Shown here: in pieces, positions 1 through 10,039 of the stretch
Layout: each line of letters starts with the position of its first letter
Position numbering within the stretch: position 1 is the first letter of the stretch
DNA from: an uncultured Acidobacteriota bacterium
GTDB taxonomy: Bacteria; Acidobacteriota; Thermoanaerobaculia; Gp7-AA8
Length of the DNA stretch: 64,000 nt
NCBI GenBank assembly: GCA_963741955.1
Contig: CAVUKB010000004.1
Coordinates: 448,001-512,000 of the forward strand
Direction: 5' to 3'
The notes under the pieces: model-generated
The model's input: the letters and a program-made list of their open reading frames with translations, nothing else
Told to the model about the DNA's origin: nothing
Database searches by the model: none
Position numbers and translations under genes: made by a program

Positions 1-328
1 GGGGGACGGCGGGATCGTTGAAGAGGCGGACGACGTGAACCAGGGCGTCGTTGTTTTTCACCGCGGAGAGGAAGGACGTCGTGAACTGGGTGCTGCCGGC
101 GCCGCCCTTTTTCAGCCCGACCGCGTCGACGAACTCGATCGTGGCGTGGACGGTCTTCTTCGGAGAGAAAATCTCGGAGCAGCGCTCGAGGCGCGGGTCC
201 GGCACTTTCACCACCCCGACGTGCGCCTCCATCTTCGCCAGCGCCGCTTCGTCGAGATGAGTTCTGGTGACTGCCTGGAAGAGGGTCGATTTACCTGACG
301 TGGGAAGCCCGACGATTCCGATCTGCAT
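1..328 (-). CDS. ychF: YchF/Obg-family ATPase, N-terminal part (runs off window)
   Basis: Hand translation from ATG 328: MQIGIVGLPTSGKSTLFQAVT...GVVKVPDPRLE...PKKTVHATIEFVDAVGL...DALVHVVRLF; SD-like GAGGAG upstream; not in ORF track because it is truncated. Confidence 0.92.
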   Translation of the reverse strand, partial: MQIGIVGLPTSGKSTLFQAVTRTHLDEAALAKMEAHVGVVKVPDPRLERCSEIFSPKKTVHATIEFVDAVGLKKGGAGSTQFTTSFLSAVKNNDALVHVVRLFNDPAVP

Positions 329-441
329 GGGACGATCTCCTCGATATTCAGATACGCGATTGCCGTGCAGTCCAACCCTATCGCATTCCGGGGGTGGAGG
401 GTGAATCCGGAGCGCGCGTGGCTCGCGGCGACGCAGGACAC

Positions 442-1056
442 TCAGTGCATCCGGATGGCGGTCACCAGCTGCCAGACGCCGATCGCAGCGAGGGCCGCGG
501 CGGACATGGCCATCAGGATACGGCGGGCGCGGGGGCCGAGAATGTGCGCGGTTCCGAACAGAAAGATGATCGCGGCGAGCGAGACGAGCATGGTGAGGTA
601 GAACGCCGCGACGAGAGCGACTCCGTTCGATGGCGCGCGATGCCACGCGGCGATGATCAACGGCCCGAGGACCAGGCTCCATCCGAGCCAGGCATTCGGA
701 TTGAGGAAGTTGACGGTCGCCGCCTCGAGGACGGTTCGGGGAGCCGAAGAGGTGGCCGTCGCGTCGAGAGCAGCGGCGGGCTTTCGGAGATCGCGCAGAG
801 TCATCACCGTGAGGTAGAGGAGGAAGAATCCTCCTGCGAATCGAAGCCCTCGCTGCATCGTGAGGGTCAGGTGTTGAATGACGGTGAGGACGATGATCGC
901 GATCGGGCCGTCACTGACCAGCGGCGAGAGTGCGGCCGGCATGGTGGCCCGCCATCCGCGGCTCGCTGCGCGCGAGAGAAGGAACGCGAGGAGCGGCCCC
1001 GGCTGAACGGCGGCGGCGAAAGCGAATCCGGTGCCGATGAGGATCGATTCGAGCAT
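442..1056 (-). CDS. LysE/RhtB family translocator
   Basis: Hydrophobic 204 aa with QPGP in first helix pair and NFLNPNAW motif. Confidence 0.85.
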   Translation of the reverse strand: MLESILIGTGFAFAAAVQPGPLLAFLLSRAASRGWRATMPAALSPLVSDGPIAIIVLTVIQHLTLTMQRGLRFAGGFFLLYLTVMTLRDLRKPAAALDATATSSAPRTVLEAATVNFLNPNAWLGWSLVLGPLIIAAWHRAPSNGVALVAAFYLTMLVSLAAIIFLFGTAHILGPRARRILMAMSAAALAAIGVWQLVTAIRMH

Positions 1057-1098
1057 GGGCGAGAGACCGCGACGGCGGCGGAGGGATTGTAGCGCCGG

Positions 1099-1156
1099 CC
1101 CGGATTATTCACGAGATTTCGTCGCTTCGCAGCAGAAGTCCCGTGAATGATCCGGG
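1099..1156. repeat. 22-bp imperfect inverted repeat (hairpin; terminator or mini-MITE)
   Basis: CCCGGATTATTCACGAGATTTC ... GAAGTCCCGTGAATGATCCGGG, 14-nt loop, no U-tract. Confidence 0.7.
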
Positions 1157-1257
1157 GTGGTGAGTCTTCGCGCGCCGTGCCTCCAGCATGAATTCACCCG
1201 AAGCTCCAAGGCGTGACGCGGGAGTTTTACACGGAGGCGCGGTTCATCGGACGCGGC

Positions 1258-2265
1258 TCACTCTTTCCGGCTGATCTTCGCCGTGGTGATGTGCCAGCGA
1301 CGCTGGGCGGGAGTGGAGCCCTCGATCACGGTGCGCCGCATCGTGTAGCTGCCGCGGAAATGCTGCGTTTCGCCCTCTTTTGTCGTGGCGGTGATCTCCA
1401 CCGGAATGCCGACGTAGCGTGAGCCGGCCGCTCCCTCCACGCGGCCGGGCGGGCCGGTCACCACAGCCGTCCTGGCCGTGCTCGCGAATCCGCTTCGGAA
1501 CTGGTCGAGCGTCTTCCCGCTGGCCTGTCCCGAATTACCCCAGTCGTGGTACGCAGTCTCGTAATCACCGCGGCCGATCGCGGCATAGTAGGACTCGACC
1601 ACCGCGGCCGCTCCGAGCGCATCGCCGCCGGAGGGAGTGCGGGGAGCGGAGCTCCACCAGCCGGAGATTTTCCATCCGTCGCCGGTGTGATCGAGCTCGA
1701 TCGCGACCGGCACTCGATCGACCGGTGCGCCGCCGCCTGCGCTGGAGACTTCCACCACGTCTCCGAAGAGGAGTGTTCGATCGGCACCGGATCGGTTTCG
1801 ATCGGTCCGAAGGATGTCGATGTGATCGGGCCACGGACTCGACGTGAGCCGGCCGGGAGCCTCTCCGGGATCGGTAATCCATCGGTTCAGGAGATCCGGG
1901 GTCACCAGCGCGCCGTACTCTTTCCGGATCGACGTACGAAGAGTCTCGGGAGGAGCGAGGAGGGAGACCTTCGCGAGCTTCCGCCCGAACGCGCGCACCG
2001 TCTGTTCCACTTCGTCCGGTGGTGTTTCCGTCGACGTGGCGGTCGCGGGAGCGGAGGATTGCACTGGAGCGGTCGTCGTCGATGGCGGCGCGGGGCGGGC
2101 GGTCGTCTCCGGCTGCCCGGCGGGAGATTCAGGTACGCTGGAGGAGCCTGCGCCGGCTCCGCATGCGATCGCGGAGAGAATCCCAGCCGCGAGCAGCACC
2201 TCGATGAGCGTGAGGGAGATGGATCTGCATGCTGTCTTTGCGGCCGGTCTCGCGCGATCTCGCAT
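1258..2265 (-). CDS. Hypothetical lipoprotein with Pro/Thr/Ser-rich linker
   Basis: SD GAGGAG before ATG; hydrophobic stretch ending LSAIAC (lipobox-like); low-complexity linker then two globular segments. Confidence 0.75.
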   Translation of the reverse strand: MRDRARPAAKTACRSISLTLIEVLLAAGILSAIACGAGAGSSSVPESPAGQPETTARPAPPSTTTAPVQSSAPATATSTETPPDEVEQTVRAFGRKLAKVSLLAPPETLRTSIRKEYGALVTPDLLNRWITDPGEAPGRLTSSPWPDHIDILRTDRNRSGADRTLLFGDVVEVSSAGGGAPVDRVPVAIELDHTGDGWKISGWWSSAPRTPSGGDALGAAAVVESYYAAIGRGDYETAYHDWGNSGQASGKTLDQFRSGFASTARTAVVTGPPGRVEGAAGSRYVGIPVEITATTKEGETQHFRGSYTMRRTVIEGSTPAQRRWHITTAKISRKE

Positions 2266-2370
2266 CGGATCTCCTCATGAATGGTTGCGGGTCTCTTTCA
2301 TTTGCGCCGGGCGGAAAGAGTGCAAGGAGCGTGCGGAACCGGCGGTTGGTCCGGAGCCGGATCGATGCGC

Positions 2371-3507
2371 TCAGTCGTGATACTTGTTCGCGCCGGTATT
2401 GAAGAGAACGATGGTCTCGTCTATGCGGATCTCTCCGCGCTCGACGAGGATCCGAAGCCCGGCCAGAACGGCGCCTCCTTCGGGACCGGCGTCGATTCCG
2501 TCGCGGGTGCGGATCTCGGCGGCGGCGGGCTCGATCGCGTTCTCGGGAACCGCGACGGCACCACCGTTCGACGCGCGCAGTGCGCGCAACATCAGCCGGT
2601 CGCCGACCGCTCGCGGGACGCGCAGTCCCCAGGCCGACGTGTTCGGTGACTCCCATGCAGGCGCATGGTCGAGCCCTTCTTCGAATGCGCGGACGATCGG
2701 GGCACAACCTGCAGACTGCACGGAATACATGCGCGGCCGCTCGGATCCGATCCAGCCGAGTTGCTCCATCTCGTCGAAGGCCTTCCACATTCCGATCAGG
2801 CCGGTACCTCCGCCGGTCGGATAGAGGATCGCGTCGGGGAGCCTGCCGAGGTCGTCGAGAAGCTCGTAGCCCATGGTCTTCTTTCCTTCGACCCGGTAGG
2901 GTTCCTTGAGGGTCGAGAGGTCGAAACCACCACTGCGGGCGATGAACTGCTGGACCTTCTTCGCCGCGTCGGTGATCACGCCCTGGACCAGCTCGACCTC
3001 CGCGCCATAGCTGCGGCACTCGTCGACGATCGATCGGGGCGTGTCGACGGGCATGGCGACGTAGACCGGAAGGGAAGCGCGTGCTCCATATGCGGAGAGC
3101 GCGCACCCGGCGTTTCCTGCGGTGGGAGCGGCGAGACTCTTCGCGCCGAGGTGCCTGGCCATGGTCACGGCGGCAGACATCCCGCGGGATTTGAACGAGC
3201 GGGTCGGATTCTGCGACTCGTCCTTGTAGAAGAGGTGCGCGAATCCTTCATCGCCGGCGATGGCCATGGAAGGAAGGAGCGGCGTGACGCCCTCTCCGAG
3301 CGAGACGATCCCGGTCTGATCCCGCATCGGCATCAGCTCGGCGAATCGCCACATGGTGGCGGGCCGCGTCCGCACCTCGTCGCGCAGTGACGGAGCGGGG
3401 GAGAGATCGTATCGGACGAGGATCGGCGCACTGCATTCGGGGCAGAGCCCGTACAGCGCATCGATCGGTGACGACCAGCTGCATTCGGAGCAGTGGAGAT
3501 CGGGCAT
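2371..3507 (-). CDS. thrC: Threonine synthase (fold-type II PLP enzyme) with N-terminal Cys4 ribbon
   Basis: CSEC...CPEC; NPTRSFKSRG PLP-lysine motif; PYRVEGKKTMGYE; PTGGGTG; start moved to ATG 3507 (SD GGGAGG). Confidence 0.85.
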   Translation of the reverse strand: MPDLHCSECSWSSPIDALYGLCPECSAPILVRYDLSPAPSLRDEVRTRPATMWRFAELMPMRDQTGIVSLGEGVTPLLPSMAIAGDEGFAHLFYKDESQNPTRSFKSRGMSAAVTMARHLGAKSLAAPTAGNAGCALSAYGARASLPVYVAMPVDTPRSIVDECRSYGAEVELVQGVITDAAKKVQQFIARSGGFDLSTLKEPYRVEGKKTMGYELLDDLGRLPDAILYPTGGGTGLIGMWKAFDEMEQLGWIGSERPRMYSVQSAGCAPIVRAFEEGLDHAPAWESPNTSAWGLRVPRAVGDRLMLRALRASNGGAVAVPENAIEPAAAEIRTRDGIDAGPEGGAVLAGLRILVERGEIRIDETIVLFNTGANKYHD

Positions 3508-3608
3508 GGTGTGCCTCCCGTGGCGGGTCGAGTCGGGGATGAGGGATGAGGTGGACGCCAACTGGCGTGGCGTCCACCTCTGGATGCTCAGTGAGGTGAA
3601 TCCGGAGC

Positions 3609-4400
3609 TTACTGGGCCTGTTTCTTCGCGTCGGAAGCGGCTTTGTCGAGCTTCTGCTCGAATTCGTTCACTTCCTTCTTCGATTCTTCTTCGTTGCCGC
3701 TCCACTTGGTCATTTCTGCGGCGAGGGCATTGAGCTCGTTGTCGTACTTGTTCAGGAGCTGCCGGTTATACACCACTGCCGGGTCGGGCTTCTCCTGTTC
3801 GCTCCGGGCGTCCTCCCTGTTCTTGTCGTACTGAGCGAGCATGTCGGCGTACATCTTCCTGGTGGTGTCGTCCTTCGCCTCGTCGTAGGCCTTCTTCATC
3901 TGCTGATAGGCCGAATCCGCCATGGCGGACGTTGCCTGCTGCAGCTTCTCCTGCATGGCATAGGTGGAGACTGCGAGGACCTGACCCTTCACCCACTGGT
4001 ATTCGGCGGTGTTGTAGCCGAGGTCCTTGGCGGCGCGGAGGTCGGCGGTTGCGATGTCGGCAACGGATCCGAGACCCTTGAACGCTTCCATCATTCCGGA
4101 GATCGATTTTTCCCCGCTCTCTTTCGCCTTCTGCTCGTGCTCGGCAAGCTCCTTGTGAGCGACCTTCGCGATCTCCTTCTCGTGTTCGCGGACCTTCAGG
4201 TACATCTTGATCTGGGCATCGGTCAGTTTGCCGTCCGCGGGGGGATCGTACTTGTCATCGGCGATCTCCTTCATGAGATCGGTGGTGCCGCGCTTATCGA
4301 GATCGTGTGAGATCGCGGCTGCATCGAGGGCTTTTTTGGCCTTGCATCCGAACGTGAGAACGAGAAGCAGCGAGACTGCGACAACGGTAAGACGACGCAT
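3609..4400 (-). CDS. Hypothetical helical lipoprotein
   Basis: SD AGGAGG then MRRLTVVAVSLLLVLTFGC lipobox; K/E/A-rich helical body. Confidence 0.8.
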   Translation of the reverse strand: MRRLTVVAVSLLLVLTFGCKAKKALDAAAISHDLDKRGTTDLMKEIADDKYDPPADGKLTDAQIKMYLKVREHEKEIAKVAHKELAEHEQKAKESGEKSISGMMEAFKGLGSVADIATADLRAAKDLGYNTAEYQWVKGQVLAVSTYAMQEKLQQATSAMADSAYQQMKKAYDEAKDDTTRKMYADMLAQYDKNREDARSEQEKPDPAVVYNRQLLNKYDNELNALAAEMTKWSGNEEESKKEVNEFEQKLDKAASDAKKQAQ

Positions 4401-4510
4401 GATTCCTCCTGGGAAATAATCGGTGATTCTGGCATCGAGCGGGTGGCCGCGCAATGGGATTGTCGATACGGAAGTGTGAGTCGGGATTCTCCAGCCGGGA
4501 GTGATGCGGG

Positions 4511-5707
4511 TCACGAACGATCGACGATTTTCCGGATGTCGGCCAGGGCCCGGGAAAGGACGTCCGCGATGGCCTTCTGATCGCGACGGAGGGCGTCGAG
4601 ATCCTGCCGGACGGCGGCGAGCTCCGCCGAGAGGGTTGCCGCGTCTTCGCTCGAGATTCCGCCCGGGGAAGCGGTTTCGCCGGTCTCGAAGGGGACGACG
4701 GTATCGTCGTGATCCGACTCGGGCTCGACGATCATCGCTTCGTCGAGAGCCTCGATCTCCTCGTCGGGCTCTTCAATGGTTTCCTCGTCGACTTCCTCGG
4801 CGGCCGGTTCCTCGAAAACTTCCTCGATCTGAACGGGAACGGGCACGTCGCCGCTCACGGTGGACGGACGATCGCGACCTTCGAGAAGCTGTTCGAGCGA
4901 GACTTCTTCCACCCTCTCGTACTCGCGTTCCATCGGCGTCTCTTCGGCCTGGGGAAAGGGGAGCGATTCCGCGAACGGACTCTCGAGGGGCTCCTGTTCC
5001 CCCTCCGACACGGCGGCGCCCACTGCGACCGGTTCCGGCTCGGCTTGCACCGGCTTCGGCTCGGAACGCTCTTTCTTCGTGGATTTCCGCAGTGGTTCGG
5101 GCTTGCTGCCGGACTTCGGTTTCAGCTTGTTGATCAGATGTTTCGCGGAGATCTTCGAGACGAGCTTGAAGGTTTCCATCACGCCGTCGCCATTGATGGC
5201 GGCAGCTTCGACGTAGGGATAGCCGTCGAACTCGAGCTTCTCCTGGAGATCATCCACCGGGAGGACTCCCGGGATGTCCCGCTTGTTGTACTGGATCACG
5301 ATCGGGATCTCGTTCGGGTCGATCTGGTTCTCTTCGAGATTCTCGAAGAGGTTCTGAAAGCTCTCCCGATTCGACTCGATCATGCTCGGTTGCGAGTCGG
5401 CTACGAAGACGACTGCGTCGGCTCCCTTCAGCACCAGCTTCCGCGTCTCGTTGTAGAACACCTGACCGGGGACGGTGTAGAGCTGGATCTTGAGACTGAA
5501 CGGTCCCACTTTTCCGATGTCGACCGGGAGGAGATCGAAGAAGAGAGTGCGGTCGGTCTTCGTGGCGAGGGAGAGCATCTTCCCGCGGTTCGACGGATCG
5601 AGCTTGTCGAAGATCACCAGCAGGTTCGTCGTCTTTCCGCACAGACCGGGACCGTAGTACACGATCTTGGCGGTCATTTCACGGGTGGCGTGATTGAACA
5701 GGACCAT
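4511..5707 (-). CDS. MglA-like small Ras-like GTPase with long acidic C-terminal extension
   Basis: KIVYYGPGLCGKTTNL, TDRTLFFD, LYTVPGQ, NKRD; about 200 extra residues, E/P-rich, ending in a probable coiled coil. Confidence 0.88.
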   Translation of the reverse strand: MVLFNHATREMTAKIVYYGPGLCGKTTNLLVIFDKLDPSNRGKMLSLATKTDRTLFFDLLPVDIGKVGPFSLKIQLYTVPGQVFYNETRKLVLKGADAVVFVADSQPSMIESNRESFQNLFENLEENQIDPNEIPIVIQYNKRDIPGVLPVDDLQEKLEFDGYPYVEAAAINGDGVMETFKLVSKISAKHLINKLKPKSGSKPEPLRKSTKKERSEPKPVQAEPEPVAVGAAVSEGEQEPLESPFAESLPFPQAEETPMEREYERVEEVSLEQLLEGRDRPSTVSGDVPVPVQIEEVFEEPAAEEVDEETIEEPDEEIEALDEAMIVEPESDHDDTVVPFETGETASPGGISSEDAATLSAELAAVRQDLDALRRDQKAIADVLSRALADIRKIVDRS

Positions 5708-5812
5708 CGCAGGAACCCTTCCAGTGGATTCGGATGAGACAGTATTACACATCGGGCACGAGCGTGCGAGTGGCGAGCGCGGTCGTGGCGATGCGAGCCC
5801 GGCGTGGTCCGC

Positions 5813-6091
5813 TCACGTGGTCGGGGCGAGGAGGACCACCGTCGCGCCCCATCCTCCACCGCCGGGGTCGGCGTCGTGGAATTCTTCGACCCAATCGAGG
5901 GAGGAGAGAAGGGAGCGGATGATCTCACGCTGCACTCCGATGCCGCGGCCGTGGATCAGGCGCACCTGCCGGTAGCCCTTCTCCCGCGCCGCGACGAGGT
6001 AATCGAGAGCGACCTCGCGGGAGTCGGAGGGGCGGAAAGAGTGGAGGTCGAGCACGTCACCGATCTCGATCCGGAATGGTTCTTCGTCCAT
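5813..6091 (-). CDS. Stand-alone Smr domain protein
   Basis: LDLHSF...VRLIHGRGIG...GGWGATVV motifs; start at ATG 6091 (MDEEPF). Confidence 0.88.
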   Translation of the reverse strand: MDEEPFRIEIGDVLDLHSFRPSDSREVALDYLVAAREKGYRQVRLIHGRGIGVQREIIRSLLSSLDWVEEFHDADPGGGGWGATVVLLAPTT

Positions 6092-6198
6092 TTGAGAGAT
6101 CTCCTTTCGAGAGCGACGGTTCGGGCCGCGTGCGAATTTCACCGCGGGTGATATTGTTACCGAGGCGTCCGAGCGGTAGAAGGAAATCAAGCCAGACT

Positions 6199-7233
6199 AT
6201 GTCGACTCTATTCGAAGAACTCCAGCGTGTACGGACATTCCAGTACACGGAAGAAGACGCCCGTGAATTCCAGGAGCTCCACGAGGAGATCCGGGAGCTG
6301 AAGAAAGAGCGCAACGCGGTGGTGGTGGCACACAACTACTACCGACCCGAGATCCTGAAGGTCGCGGACTTCGTGGGCGACTCGCTCGAGCTGTCGCTGA
6401 TGGCGGGGAAGGTCAAGGAAGCGGACGTCATCGAATTCTGCGGCGTCCACTTCATGGCGGAGACGGCGAAGATCGTGAATCCGAGCCGGACGGTGCTGCT
6501 GCCGAATCTTCTCGCTGGATGCCAGCTGGCGGATGCGGCTCCCGCGGAGGACGTCGCTGCGAAAATCGAGGAGTTGCGCGCCGACTATCCCGACCTTGCG
6601 GTGGTGAGTTACGTCAATACCACCGCCGCGACCAAGGCGCTCTCGGACGTGGTCTGCACGTCGTCGAACGCCGCACGAGTCGTGCGTGCGCTTCCGAATC
6701 AGCACATCCTCTTCCTCCCGGACCGTAACCTGGCCGCCCACGTCGCCCAGCAGGTGCCGGAGAAGACCATCATTCCGTGGGAAGGCTTCTGCTACGTACA
6801 CCAGCAGATCACTCCGGGGGAGATCAGCGAGATCCGGGAGAACGATCCGGAGCTGAAGATCCTGGTCCATCCGGAGTGCCGGCCCGACGTCGCCAGGCTC
6901 GCGGATGCGGTCCTCTCGACCTCCGGGATGGTGCGCTATGCGAAAGAGAATGCCGCGTCGCGCTTCCTGGTGGTCACCGAGTGCGGCCTGTCGGATCGTC
7001 TGGCGATGGAAGTCCCCGACAAGCAGTTTCTCAAGGGCTGCAAGCTCTGTACGTTCATGAAGGTCACCTCGCTCGAGGACGTGCGCGACTCACTGAAGCT
7101 GATGCGCTACCCGATCGAGGTTCCGGAAGAGATCCGGGTGGCGGCCGCGCGGTCCCTGAACCGGATGTTCGAGATCGAAGAAGCGGCGGGCGGAGAGGCC
7201 GCCCCAGCGCCCGCGATCCCGGCACACTGCTGA
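6199..7233 (+). CDS. nadA: Quinolinate synthase
   Basis: AHNYYRPE, GDSLELS, FCGVHFMAETAKI, YVNT, CTSSNA, CYVH, VHPEC, C-terminal Cys. Confidence 0.95.
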   Translation: MSTLFEELQRVRTFQYTEEDAREFQELHEEIRELKKERNAVVVAHNYYRPEILKVADFVGDSLELSLMAGKVKEADVIEFCGVHFMAETAKIVNPSRTVLLPNLLAGCQLADAAPAEDVAAKIEELRADYPDLAVVSYVNTTAATKALSDVVCTSSNAARVVRALPNQHILFLPDRNLAAHVAQQVPEKTIIPWEGFCYVHQQITPGEISEIRENDPELKILVHPECRPDVARLADAVLSTSGMVRYAKENAASRFLVVTECGLSDRLAMEVPDKQFLKGCKLCTFMKVTSLEDVRDSLKLMRYPIEVPEEIRVAAARSLNRMFEIEEAAGGEAAPAPAIPAHC

Positions 7234-7297
7234 GACAGAGCGCCGCATCAGTTCCGCCACTCGAGACCCACAATTGCCGGCCCGCACTGCGGGGCGG

Positions 7298-9748
7298 TCA
7301 CTTCCCGCAGATCGTCGCGTTGGTTCCGACGTAGTCGTCCTGCACGTCGTCGAGATCGCTCTTCATCTTCGCGAGGTTCCGCTGAAACTCGGGATCGCTC
7401 TGGAGCGACTCGAACCAGGGATGCTTCACGAAGAAGTACCAGCTGTGGTTCCCGAGCACCATCGCCTTCTTCATCCAGGCAATGGCTTCGTTCCGGTCTC
7501 CCAGCTTCGCGTAGCAGAGTGACGCGCGGAGAGCCGCCCAGTGGTTGCGGCTGGTGTCCGTCCGGATCTGGGCGAGGCGCCGCTCGACTTCGGCCCGGTT
7601 ACCGCGAGCGGCTGCGATCATGGCCGCCAGGCTGCGGGGGATGTAGTGTTCGGGAACGAGCTTTTCCGCCGCCTGCTGCTCGCGTTCGGCAGCGTCGAGA
7701 TCGCCGATCACCAGCCAGGCGAGGGCGCGCATGTCGTGCCCCGCGAGCGCCGTGTCGGGAGAGGCGAGCGCGTATTGCGACTCGCGGAGCGATCCTTCGG
7801 CGTCGACTGAGTTGACCTTCCAGTAGCCACGCGTTCTCGCCTCGTTCGACGAAGGGTCGAGCCGCACCAGACGCTCACCCGCGCATTGGGCTTTCTGCGT
7901 CTCACCGGTCGCCACGAAGTACGTCACCATGGTCCAGAGGGCCTGCGGATCGTTCGGATTGAGGCGCAATGCGGCGAGAGTTTCTCTCGCTGATTCCCTG
8001 AAGCGGTCGGGGAAGCGAACCAGGGCCCGACCGAGCGCGAGGTGTGCCTCGGCGAGATTGGAGTCGAGACGGATCGCCTGGCGTGCGTACCACTCGGCGC
8101 GCTTGTACTGCTCGGTCGTCGTTCCGAATCCGCGGACCTGCCGGAGCGAGAGGGCGATCGCCATGTCGGCGTACGCCGCGGCGAACTCCGGATCGAGCTC
8201 GATCGCCTTCGACAGCAACGCGACCTCCTCACTGCTCTCCTCCGGGCGGAGACTTCCCGCGATGGCTCGCGCGCGCACGTAGTACTCGAACGCCTTCGGA
8301 TTGGAGCTCTTCGGCTCGGAACGGATCGAGGGGGGCCGCATCGCGGCTTCCCGATCGAGCGCCGACGCGGTGCGGCCGGAGACGTCGTCGATCAGAGTGA
8401 GGAGATTGTCGCGGCTCCCCTCGACCGTGTCGGCCCAGACGCCGTACCCGCTGCGGGTGTCGGTCAGCTGCAGCGTGACCCGAAGCCGGGAGCCAGCGCT
8501 GAGAAAACGCCCCTCGAGGACGCCGTCGACGTCGAGCTGTTTTCCTCTGCTCTGCGCGTCGAGCCTCTTCCCTTCGAGCTGCACGGTGGACGAGGTCGGA
8601 CGGACCTGGAGAGCCGGATTCATCTGCAGTCGGGTGACCAGCGCGTCGGCCAGCCCTACGGAGAGGAATTGATCCTCCTTCTGCCCCGAGACATTCTCGA
8701 ACGGCACGACCGCGATGGAGTGGATCGAGCTCGGATCGGCCGGAGGCTCGGACTTCTCGCCGCCGGCCTGGTGCAGAAACCATCCGATCGCACTGCCAAG
8801 GATCAGCACGAGAAGGAGTGCGAGAAGTCCGATGATGCCGGTTCGACGGCGCGAAGCCCGCACCGTCTTTCCCAGCGTGGAGACGCGCCGGCTCTCGCGC
8901 ACGGTGTCGGAGGCCGGCCGCTCCGCCCCCTGCAGCGCGGTGAGATCCGCCGCCAGTTCTTCGGCCGACTGGTAACGGTCCTCGGGTGATTTCTGCAGGA
9001 GTTGCTCGATGATGCGGGTCGCTTCCGGAGGAAACTCGTCGATCGCTGGCTCGAACCGGTCCGGTTCGTCGTCGCGGATCCGTTCGAGGATCTGGAGTGG
9101 CGTGTCGGCTTCGAACGGAAGCTTTCCGGTGGCGAGCTCGTAGAGCACCACGCCGGTGGAAAAGAGATCGCTTCGCGCGTCGACGCGTCTTCCGGTCGCC
9201 TGCTCCGGCGAGAGATAGGGGATGGTGCCGTAGAAGTGGCCTCCGGTCGTCGCGAGACTGGCAGCGTCGGAGACGAGCTCGCGGGCAAGCCCGAAATCGA
9301 GAATCTTGATTCCGGAAGGGGAGGCGACGATGTTGGCGGTCTTGATGTCGCGATGGATCACGCCATTGCGGTGGGCGGCCGAAAGCCCTTCCGCGATCTG
9401 TCGTGCCCAGCGGAGAAAATCTCCCCTGCTGATCTCCGAGTCACGTCGCAGCTGCGCGAGAGTCGGTCCTTCGCAGTACTCCATGGCGATGAAGGGAAGG
9501 CCGACGTCGGTCTCGCCGATCTCGAAGATGGTCGCGACGTTCGGATGCGAAATGGAGGCGGCCGTCCTTGCTTCGCGCAGAAATCTCGAGCGCTGTTCAC
9601 TCCCTTCCAGATCCGAGGCGGTCAGCACCTTCAGGGCGACCTGCCGGCCGAGCTTCGAGTCGCGTGCGAGATAGACGACTCCCATCCCGCCGCGTCCCAG
9701 GATGCGGAGAACGTCGAAGTGTGCGATGCGCTGGGGAGCTCCGTACAT
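7298..9748 (-). CDS. Ser/Thr protein kinase with TM helix, TolB-like domain and TPR repeats
   Basis: GRGGMGVVY, VALKVL, HRDIKTAN, DFGLA, GTIPYLSPE; hydrophobic GIIGLLALLLVLILGSAIGWFL; SIAVVPFENVS; TPR-like KAIELDPEFAAAY. Confidence 0.9.
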   Translation of the reverse strand: MYGAPQRIAHFDVLRILGRGGMGVVYLARDSKLGRQVALKVLTASDLEGSEQRSRFLREARTAASISHPNVATIFEIGETDVGLPFIAMEYCEGPTLAQLRRDSEISRGDFLRWARQIAEGLSAAHRNGVIHRDIKTANIVASPSGIKILDFGLARELVSDAASLATTGGHFYGTIPYLSPEQATGRRVDARSDLFSTGVVLYELATGKLPFEADTPLQILERIRDDEPDRFEPAIDEFPPEATRIIEQLLQKSPEDRYQSAEELAADLTALQGAERPASDTVRESRRVSTLGKTVRASRRRTGIIGLLALLLVLILGSAIGWFLHQAGGEKSEPPADPSSIHSIAVVPFENVSGQKEDQFLSVGLADALVTRLQMNPALQVRPTSSTVQLEGKRLDAQSRGKQLDVDGVLEGRFLSAGSRLRVTLQLTDTRSGYGVWADTVEGSRDNLLTLIDDVSGRTASALDREAAMRPPSIRSEPKSSNPKAFEYYVRARAIAGSLRPEESSEEVALLSKAIELDPEFAAAYADMAIALSLRQVRGFGTTTEQYKRAEWYARQAIRLDSNLAEAHLALGRALVRFPDRFRESARETLAALRLNPNDPQALWTMVTYFVATGETQKAQCAGERLVRLDPSSNEARTRGYWKVNSVDAEGSLRESQYALASPDTALAGHDMRALAWLVIGDLDAAEREQQAAEKLVPEHYIPRSLAAMIAAARGNRAEVERRLAQIRTDTSRNHWAALRASLCYAKLGDRNEAIAWMKKAMVLGNHSWYFFVKHPWFESLQSDPEFQRNLAKMKSDLDDVQDDYVGTNATICGK

Positions 9749-10039
9749 GGACGTGAGGGTCGGGGGTAATTCTAACTCAGGAGGCGGTCCGACTCTATGG
9801 AAGCGTCCGCTGACGGAGCAAACCGGACGGTCGGTTGGGAACCTCGAGAGCGTCAGGTCCTTATGGGTCAAAAGTTGCGCTGAACGCGGGGGGATTTGTT
9901 TCCGGAATTCTACGGGGCCTCGGCGACGCCTAGCGGACTGCGCTGGCAAGTGCTGGAAAGGCGGCCGTTTGCGTCGAACCGCTCGGAAGGGTTACTCTTG
10001 CACCCACGGCCACCTCCTTGTTACATCTCAGAAACGCTC

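Noticed and set aside
2318-2333. sigma54-like CCGCACGCTCCTTGCA (minus) before the 1258-2265 lipoprotein
   Set aside because: The -24 element is CG rather than GG; unconfirmed
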